The notes under the pieces were generated by a model. It saw only the letters and a program-made list of their open reading frames with translations, ran no database searches and was not told the DNA's origin. A DNA stretch of 64,000 nt from Nemertoderma westbladi (taxonomy: Eukaryota; Animalia; Xenacoelomorpha). This document shows positions 55,592-64,000 of the stretch, piece by piece; within the stretch, counting starts at the first letter, position 1, and each line of letters opens with the position of its first letter. Both the position numbers and the translations under genes were made by a program. The stretch is from positions 1-64,000 of the forward strand of contig JAUCBJ010000001.1 of the NCBI GenBank assembly GCA_032718475.1, written 5' to 3'.

Positions 55592-56630
55592 AGTTACAAG
55601 TTGCCCTCAGTTGTATTTTTTAAACCCCGAGTGTTGTTGATGGAGTGTGTTACTTCCGAAATCGTTGATCGTGGTGCCGGTGCCGGAATTCTGGCTTTGA
55701 TTAAAAACACTGAACTGCTGAACGATGGCGGAATCTACGAAACCCGGCCGGATTCCTAATCCGAGGAGGCGACGGAGTCAATTACACGTAAACAATGAAA
55801 CAATCGCGATGGACAATGGCAGAATGGAGTCTATTCAATGTATCCAGAACGATACGATGGCGACGGAGTCTGTTACAGTATTAAACACGCAACCAAAGCG
55901 ATCAGACGATGGCGAAGTAATCTACGAAACAGAACGACAGGAAGGCGAGCGTGCGAAGCGAGGCGTGCGAAGCGAGGCGTGGTGCATAGCGAAGCGATCG
56001 AGACGGATAACGGAGTCTATTACAGTATTAAACCTGGAACGAAGACGGTGGCATCTATAGGCCTAAACCTGGAACAATGCGAACAAGGCTACTCTAAAGT
56101 TAGACTAGACTGGTTTGTGAGATTAACTTGCCAATACTAACTCAATACAATTTGCTTCTTCGAATTCCTAATAATATATTTTAATCTTAATAATAATTAT
56201 TCAACATCAATTATTTTATAAGTCTTGTCAATGTATAAGATTGCTAAAGACTAAAGAGCTAACTTTAGGATAATCTGCCTTATATTTTTAGAATTATTAT
56301 AATTAATTTTGTTATGTTTATAATGAATTGTATCTTTTGACAGACTACTTGATGCGCGACCGTGATAATAAAATTAAATGGTGCCGAAATATTTTCACTT
56401 AACTGCAGGTAGGGGGGGGGGGGGGGGGGGGGGGGGCAATCAATATTCTTCCCTCTCCAGGTGAAAATCGATGCAAATAACAGCTTGTTTACTACTAAAA
56501 TAAAACTGCATCCTGTTCTATGGGAAAAAACATTATAGGGGAAATTTTAGCAAGTTGTGTTTATTTTAGCCGATAGACAAGATGACATGTTTACCAAGTT
56601 TGGTATAATTTAGTCAAAGATTGAATGAGT

Positions 56631-56749
56631 TACGATTTTAAATTATCAGTGGAGGGTGAAGGCGGTGGGCCAGGATTCAGTTATACTTGAATACGATTTT
56701 AAATTATCAGTGGAGGGTGAAGGCGGTGGGCCAGGATTCAGTTATACTT
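56631..56749. repeat. ~61-bp tandem duplication
   Basis: TACGATTTTAAATTATCAGTGGAGGGTGAAGGCGGTGGGCCAGGATTCAGTTATACTT occurs twice. Confidence 0.92.
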
Positions 56750-57129
56750 TAATAAAGAATAGTGATTAAACCAAGGGATACGCGATATATGACACTGCTG
56801 TATAAGTTCATTGAATGACTGTTGATTTCGAAACATTTAATTCAAAACTATAAATGTTAATATAATTTTGGATTATTTTTGTAATAATTAACAGATGAAT
56901 TATATTTCATTAATTTATTTTTTTATCTAATCACATTATTAAATAACGAAGCACAGAAATAATACTAAGATTGAATATTGAATTGAAGGTACAGTACCGA
57001 ATTGAATATTTGAGATTGCATAAGATAGAGTATTGAATATTGAATATCTTCGGAAGTCATCCCGTTGGTCCATCCATTGGCAACCATTTCGATTGGTTTC
57101 GGCTCTTCAGTCCCCGAATAGACCGATGT

Positions 57130-57445
57130 TCAGCGTGGTTGCTGTCCCCATGACTGAGGCTGCATTACCAACCAAAATTGCCATCTCCAGGTGCTGGAGC
57201 AGAAACTGGTGTGACCGCGGTTCGTGGGTGGCACTGTGGAGACGAGCCCCGATCTCCCGGAGGAAGGTCCAGATTTCTCTGGACCGGGGCGGCCAAAGGT
57301 CTCAAAGGCAACGGGGTGAAAGAAATGGCCCTGGTCCATTAGGTCGCGATACGTAGAGTTTTTAATGCGCTCCGCCCCCTCAGCTGAGTGCCCCGGCCCC
57401 CCGGCAATGATGGTTTGTTGAAGGTGGCTGGGGGCCAGTGGATCT
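57130..57445 (-). mobile_element. CRE-clade non-LTR retrotransposon 3' fragment
   Basis: With frameshifts: DPLAPSHLQQTIIAGG..AEGAERIKNSTYRDL..GHFFHPVAFETFGRPGPE..FLREIGARLHSATHEPRSHQFLLQHLEMAILVGNAASVMGT. This is the typical CRE RLE C-terminus. Confidence 0.85.
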
Positions 57446-57859
57446 AGTTAGTAATAATTATCGCAAAGATATGATTAGGTAGGCCTACGTGATATTAGTT
57501 TCTCAAACCAAACCTATCCATCCATTGACGTCCAAATATATCCAATTTCTCAATCCATACTAATCAGTATGTAACAATGTACAATGTTCTGCAATAATGC
57601 CAATGTCCAATCAAACAATGCGTTGAGTGTTATCGGACCAGCCTCCGAGAAAGGTTAGGCTAACGGCACCTCGCTCTGTCTGTCTGTCGCATCAGTTTTT
57701 GTAGTGGTCTAGTTCCAGGCATCAGCACATCCAGACAACTGTGCAACTCCTGAACTCAGGCGAGCATTTTCTAACACATTCTACAGATGGTGGTCTAATT
57801 TATATGGTCCTGTACCGTGAAACCGTGTATTACTGGTGATTCTAAGAGTGTACTCCTAA

Positions 57860-57935
57860 GAGTGTACTCTAGATCAGTTAGGTACTTGGCTGGATTTCTT
57901 CGACTTCTGAAACCAGTATGTAGAGTTACCATCAC
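57860..57935 (-). mobile_element. short RTE-like fragment
   Basis: Similar to 38468-38540 (CTAGATCAGT...GATTTC..C.ACTTCTG...GTTACC). Confidence 0.45.
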
Positions 57936-58837
57936 CCCATTATCATCATTTAGCTTAGTTTTGTTTAGTTATGCATAGTTACTGTATGTTATGTTTTATC
58001 CGGCAAATTCTGAGAGTAAAATAATAATTATATACTGTAGTTATGCCTACTAATAATCCGAATATTTTTTTATCTGGGGACCATATTTAGCAGTAAATTA
58101 GTACAAAGAAATCAGTTCTTTAGAATTGTCGATTATATAATAATATATAATCTGAAGCAAAGAAAATTGATCTATATTATGTCCAGTACCATTCATATTG
58201 TTTTATGAAATAAATCCATTAATTACTGTGTGATGCTGTGTCTGTCCTTAAAGGTGCGGAAATCCATGTATCCAGAGTCTTCAGGTCTGAGTGTATGGCA
58301 GAGCTAGAGGTAAAGCCGATGTCCATACTGCCCTACAGTATGTTACTGTCAGAATGCCAGACACCTGTAAAAACGAGACTACAGTATCTGACTACAGTAT
58401 ATCTTTCAGGCAGTCAGGGAAATCCTGGGGACAAACAAAGCACATATTTTTTCAGTATTAATACGTGTACTATATCCTAAACTGAAAGTTTTAAAAAATA
58501 TACCTTTTATACTACAGTATAATGATACAGAAACTATTTACTCTACTGCTCTATACTGTATAAAATTTATTCTTAATTAATAATTATTTTTAATCTTTTT
58601 TTTAATATACAAGTTTTAATACAGTATTTAACATTTTAATATTCAGATATTTTCTTGCTATCATGCACCCCGGTCAGCCTGTACAATCAGCACGTCGCAC
58701 ATCAGCACATGTACACATGTAACTAACAGTACAACATATCGCAGCGCAGTTGGAAGTTCCGTACCTGCTGACCCGTACCGTATTTTTTCGTTGGAATACA
58801 TATACTGCAGCACACTGTCAGATATCAGACTGAACAC

Positions 58838-58890
58838 TGAACCCACGACCTCCAAGAGATGTGAATTCAATGCAACCACTACACCAAGGT
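58838..58890 (-). mobile_element. tRNA-derived SINE head
   Basis: Reverse complement reads ACCTTGGTGTAGTGGTT...GGAGGTCGTGGGTTCA; same family as 63939-64000. Confidence 0.6.
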
Positions 58891-59378
58891 CTCTTTGATT
58901 AAGAAAATGAATTAAATAATTATTGAATGCTTTTAAATTTAATGTTGTAATTTAGTGTCGTAATTCAAAAACATGATACCCCCCCCCCCCCCCCCCCTTC
59001 CCTAACTTTTATACAAATTTAAATGAATAGCATGATATGAAACAGAATTACAGTAGTTTCACCTCCCTCATCCGTAGTAACTGAGACATAATTTGTATTT
59101 TTGCTTTTTATTCTTTAGCAACAAGCGTTTGAAAAAAGTTTCACCGGCGGCGATATCATCACCAGTCCCATCTCAGTTATTCAACATTATATTAATTTGT
59201 TGGTTCTGATGGAAAGCAGACCATGCAAGGATTCCAAATATGTAAAAAATTTAAATTTAGAAAATACAGTTGCTGAGATATGGGCTTTCGAATGTTGAAT
59301 GTTTTTTCACGGCGCAAGGCTATTTTTATATTTAATAAATAAAACCATGTTCTAGTACATGATGTAAAAACGTAACTA

Positions 59379-59905
59379 GGGGGTGTTCGATAAAGTATGT
59401 CACGCACTAGGGGGGGAGGGGGTCGAGCTTGCGTGACATTTTGTGACAGGGGGGGGGGGGGGGGTGTGGACTTTTGTGACGGTTACGGCGATGTTCTAGG
59501 CTTTAATGTTAGCTTGACTTTGACTTAAAATATATGTGTAGATGAGTGGGTAACTTTAAGGACAACAATACACTCAATAATATTGAGTATAATCGATAAA
59601 TTGAGGAGGATATAGAAACCTTTAGATAGCCACTTCACTTGTCAGTGGGGAAGGGAAATGTAGATAGTGCTTGAATTTATATTGTATTTTGGTATAACAA
59701 ACATTGTGTATTATTGATATAAAATATTTCTTGTTTGGGGGACGGGGTATTGTTTGGGGGTATTACAAATTTACCAATGAGACAGATGGGCGAGAGGTGG
59801 GGCTCGAGCTTGCGTGACATTTTGAAACAGAGGGGATGGGGGGGGGGGGGGGGGGTGGTCAAAAATCGGGAAAATTTGCGTGACATACTTTATGAACGCC
59901 CGCCC
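59379..59905. mobile_element. MITE (PIF/Harbinger-like termini)
   Basis: GGGGGTGTTCGATAAAGTATGTCACGC at the left and GCGTGACATACTTTATGAACGCCCGCCC at the right. AACGTAAC occurs on both flanks. Confidence 0.7.
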
Positions 59906-60554
59906 TAGAACGTAACCGAGGGTTCAGATTCACTTTCCAGAAGAAAGACTTATTACTACTGTGAACAATTCGTATCTGGGAATTTAAATTCGTACTGTAA
60001 CTGGGAACTGAAATTTGAAACCGGAATTTCAGATTTGTAAATCTGATGAGCATTCGCAGCATATGGTCATTTCCTTACCAGCCGAGCCGCTTGGTCCATT
60101 ACTATGTAAAATATTATCAATTCTTTATATATGGCTGATAATTGTCTTCGAAAACGAAGATAAATTATCAGGCAAATAATGCATATTTTCGTCATCAGAG
60201 AAGCATAATTATTAATTAAATGCATCTAAATTTAATTAATTTTCATAGATCCATCAACACGAATAATCTAATATGGCTGACAATATGGGAAATTATTTAA
60301 ATTTCAACTAACAAATTCAAATTTTTCGATTATCACCTAAAGTTTCCATAGATACCCTCAAATATATATTGATTATATATTTCTCTATATACTCAGCCGC
60401 TTCCATTAATAAGTGTATAACGTATTGTAGGATAGGGAAGTAGGGTGTAGGGTAGGATACGGTAGGCTACTACAGTAGGTATAGGCTAATACCCCCTCCC
60501 TCTTCACCAAAGCATCAACAGGCAGGTCCAGTGATTGTTTCAGTTACATTTTTT

Positions 60555-60855
60555 TTCTTCGAAAAATAGTATTTTTTATGCTTCGAAAATGCTTCTAATA
60601 ATGTATGAAATTATCCTTCGAAAATGCTTCGTAAACTTCTAATTGAAGGCTAATAGTCTACTAAACGAAGCATTTTTATCTTCGAAATCATCCTTCGAAA
60701 AATGCTAAATAAACTTCTAATCGCAGGCGAATAGTCTACTAAACGAAGCATTTTTGTCTTCGAATTATCCTTCGAATATGCTTCGTAAACTACTAATCGA
60801 AGGCTAATAGTCTACTAAACGATGGATATTTCTCTTCGAAATCCACCCTTCGAAA
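60555..60855. repeat. ~77-bp tandem repeat, 3-4 copies
   Basis: Recurring ATCCTTCGAA...AAACTTCTAAT..AGGCTAATAGTCTACTAAACGA. Confidence 0.85.
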
Positions 60856-60970
60856 CCTTTAAGAACATTGGAACCAAAAAGCCGGCTTTTATCCGGCGAA
60901 ATTAGCAGGGTATTAGCCGGCGAAATTAGTAGCAATTTATCAGCGACTTATCATGCTATGACTTTGCTGG

Positions 60971-61127
60971 GTTGTTGCTCATTGTTGCTCATTGTTACTG
61001 TTGTTGTACTTTATTATTGCTCGTTGTTGCTCATTGTTGCTCATTGTTGATCATTGTTGCTCGTTGTTGCTCATTGTTGCTCGTTGTTGCTCATTGTTGC
61101 TCGTTGTTGGTCATTGTTGCTCGTTGT
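60971..61127. repeat. 10-bp tandem repeat (TTGTTGCTC[A/G])n
   Basis: Seen directly in the sequence. Confidence 0.9.
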
Positions 61128-62557
61128 GCATTTTAGCACCTACCGTCTCTCAATAGGATCCCTAATGCGATTTAATAGAATTATAGCTGTATATTGCATA
61201 GCTTTGCAGCAATCGCAATCGAGGCATGTCATAGCCTGGCTAGGCTAGGCAGGGCTAGGACGCATTAACTACTACGGTCTCTGATTGGTTCTTACTTCAG
61301 GTTGAATTGTGTTGTGACGAGATTTGGGGTTTGCAAATCAGCAACACGGGAATTTTCGCCATGTGACAGGCAATGTGCAACGGAAATTATTTTTACTTTC
61401 GTTTTCAGTTATATGTCTGCATGTCATATCAGATGTCAGTAGGCACTAGGCAGTCTGGCAGTAGGTTCAGTATGTGTGTGTATGAGATGAAGTTTGATAT
61501 TGTACTGTTTTGTCCTACACAGTTTTATTTAAATTTGATTAACTGTCACTGTCATGACTTGAATTTGATAAATTTTGAAGTTCCAACAGTAGGCCTACAG
61601 CTACTGCTACAGCCGTAGACCTACCGGCACCGGCAGACAGCGAGACAGGTACTTATACTGTTATAGAGGCCTACTGTCTGACTGTACCGGTTGCCGGTAT
61701 AGACTATGCCATGATATTCCTAAATCTGTAAATTGCGATTACAATTCCAAATTCTGCAATTTATAAGTAAAAAATGGCGAAATGCAGTAGCCTATGCGAC
61801 ATACCGGTACCTTCGGTAATAAATGTATGTTCCTTACCTCTGTACCTACAGCTGTACAGTGCTACAGTACGTCTGTAGTGGGCTATTATTTGTCCTATCT
61901 GCCTATTGCTGTATTGAGCATTGTAAACTTTACTCTTTCTGTCTTTATTAACTGATTAATATGTTTTAATATAGCCCATTCCCCGGTATTAATTATTATT
62001 TATGTTTTCTTATTATAGCCCAGATGTTTGCCTATATATGTATATATATACTGTATGTTGATGAAGCCCTTGCGCATTTTAATTATTTTTACTTGAAACT
62101 AAGAATGCTTTGCCCTTTTTTTAATTTCATTTTTATGTAATTCAATTTTTATGTATTACCGGTACTTTAATAATTAATATGCACCAACTGTATAGGCCTA
62201 TGTAAGTACTGTAAAGAGTAAATCTAAATAAACTACCATTTTAATTATTTTACTAATTCTACTGTAGCCTAGTCAGTCATTGCAGCATTGTGTGTGTAGG
62301 TCTATTGTTGATTGTAGGCCTATACTGCTATAGGTACCTGACTGCCTGATACCATTACCTGTATTTTTATTATAACAGTATAACAGTACGAGTACATACA
62401 CCTGTACTTGCTGTACACGCTTATTACCGGTCAGCCGGTCTGCCGGTAGCGTACCGTACTTTGCCAGATATGTTCATAATTATGTCATTCTACTGTATAG
62501 GTGCAAAATTTAATATTTTATAGTTATTCTGGCGATATTAATAAGGGCAGAAGGGTC

Positions 62558-63010
62558 AACTGGGGTGAAGTGAGAAGTGAGCTACTTTTGCAGTTTTTGT
62601 GTTTTAAAAATAGTTAATATCACATTGAGGAAATACCAATGCATTCCTTTGTGCACTACATTATTGCTCTAAACCATCTCAACAAAAATTAAAACATAAT
62701 TTGCATATTAAATAGGAAAATTATATATTTTGTTTAGAGCACACAAGTAGCTCAATTTACCCCACTCATGGCTGCATGGGGCAAAGTGAACTATCTATAA
62801 AATCATTTGCAAAACCATTTTAACCCGAATCGGTCATTGCTATGATAGAATCATTACATAATTTGCCTATTAAATAGGCAGATTATGTATTTTTTTGGCC
62901 TCTCGAATAGCTCACTTTACCCTACTCATGGGGCAAAGTGAGCTTTCTCTCAAATGAGGTCCAAAACCATTTTACCCCAATCAGTAATTTTCCTGGGGTA
63001 AAGTGAACCA
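62558..63010. mobile_element. probable non-autonomous DNA transposon remnant with GGGG(C/T)AAAGTGA repeats
   Basis: Several direct and inverted copies of GGGGCAAAGTGA / TCACTTTACCC. Confidence 0.45.
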
Positions 63011-63084
63011 TTTTTTATGTTAAAAAAAAATCATCAGATAAACATATAGGCCTACCAACTGACCAATTATCTCGGGTCATACAC

Positions 63085-63235
63085 AGGGCTGGCAAAAACC
63101 ATAGGTTTTTCAGAAAAATTTTTAGGTTTTAGGTTTTTGCAAGGTTTTTGTAGGTTTTTGGAAGGTTTTTGCAGGTTTTTGAAGGTTTTCGCTAGGTTTT
63201 TGTAGTATTTCGCTAGGTTTTTGTAGTATTTCTGT
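63085..63235 (+). mobile_element. possible hAT-like terminus followed by AGGTTTTT repeats
   Basis: CAGGGCTGGCAAAAACC followed by an ~11-bp AGGTTTTTG repeat. The partner end was not seen. Confidence 0.35.
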
Positions 63236-63938
63236 ATTTGTATACCGGTATTGATTGATTAGATTGACCTGGTTGGTAAATGATTAGATAAATTATATGG
63301 GGCGACATTTGGTCAACCTGTCAACTGTCAAGATTATATTTTATAGATACACTACAGCACTATGATACAAAATTGTTTGAAAGAATGAGTCCATCAGGTT
63401 TCATTGTCATATTAGTTACATTTATATAAACCTGTACAATGTCTGAAAGTAGGCTTACAGCAGTAGCAGTACAGACTACAGTCTTAAATTCAGACAGTAG
63501 GCTGGTAGGTGCAACTATTTATTACACTATTAGTGCATAGTGTATTAGTTCCGTAGTCTATTAGTATCATTAGCATCAATCAATGCATGCAGAATGCAGG
63601 CACGCGATTCAGCGAATGCAGAATGCCACCCCATCCCACAGTCCCATACTGGACCATAAAAGCATAACGTAAACCATAACCCGATAACCACCAGACTCCC
63701 TGACTGCCTGTGACCACCAGGCAGTTGACCAGAGTGCAGAGCCAGAGCTGCAGAGACCACCCACTGACGCTGACCCAGCCACCTGGCTGCCTGGACCACT
63801 GCTGACTGCTGCACTGTACTGCTGTACGTGTACAGTTATGTTACAGTTATACTAGGATGGCTAAAACGTCTGTCCTTATCTGATCTGATCTGACGGTATC
63901 TGACACTTGTTCCACCTTGCAGCCTTGGTTCAGAGTCC

Positions 63939-64000
63939 ACCTTGGTGTAGTGGTTATATTGAATTCACGTCTCGTGGAGGTTGTGGGTTCAATCCCGGCA
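63939..64000 (+). mobile_element. tRNA-derived SINE head (truncated by window edge)
   Basis: TGGTGTAGTGGT (A box) and GGTTCAATCCC (B box); a second copy lies at 58838-58890. Confidence 0.6.

Noticed and set aside
57075-57112. Minimal hammerhead ribozyme (minus-strand CTGAAGA...GAAA)
   Set aside because: No convincing stem III with an NUH cleavage triplet or stem I could be built.
58230-58370. Possible minus-strand exon after TTTTTACAG at ~58366
   Set aside because: All frames stop quickly, no clear donor is present, and no protein motif is recognisable. It could be UTR but this is unsupported.
63939-64000. Functional tRNA gene
   Set aside because: The stems pair poorly and a diverged second copy exists at 58838, consistent with a SINE head.

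Overview
AT-rich, repeat-rich invertebrate animal (eukaryotic) genomic DNA. The only well-supported protein-coding gene is the 5' part of an NMDA-type glutamate receptor subunit 1 (GluN1/GRIN1) on the minus strand. Five coding exons with canonical GT-AG sites join in frame (46218-45960, 42689-42559, 41924-41748, 8324-8224, 53-1), and the gene runs off the left edge. Its 33.4-kb third intron is about 72% filled by two tandem arrays: a 3.8-kb 55/70-bp minisatellite and a 20.3-kb array of ~1,130 copies of an 18-bp unit. The 18-bp array accounts for all the giant ORFs in the track. Its plus-strand SDSPLL frame shows mostly synonymous variation and is bracketed by plausible splice sites, but it also carries frameshifts. 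The rest of the window is non-autonomous DNA transposons (including a four-level nest: CRE LINE > Mutator-type > TA-TSD element > hAT-type), LINE fragments (RTE, L2/CR1, CRE), tRNA-derived SINEs and small tandem repeats. All calls were made by eye; no database searches were run.
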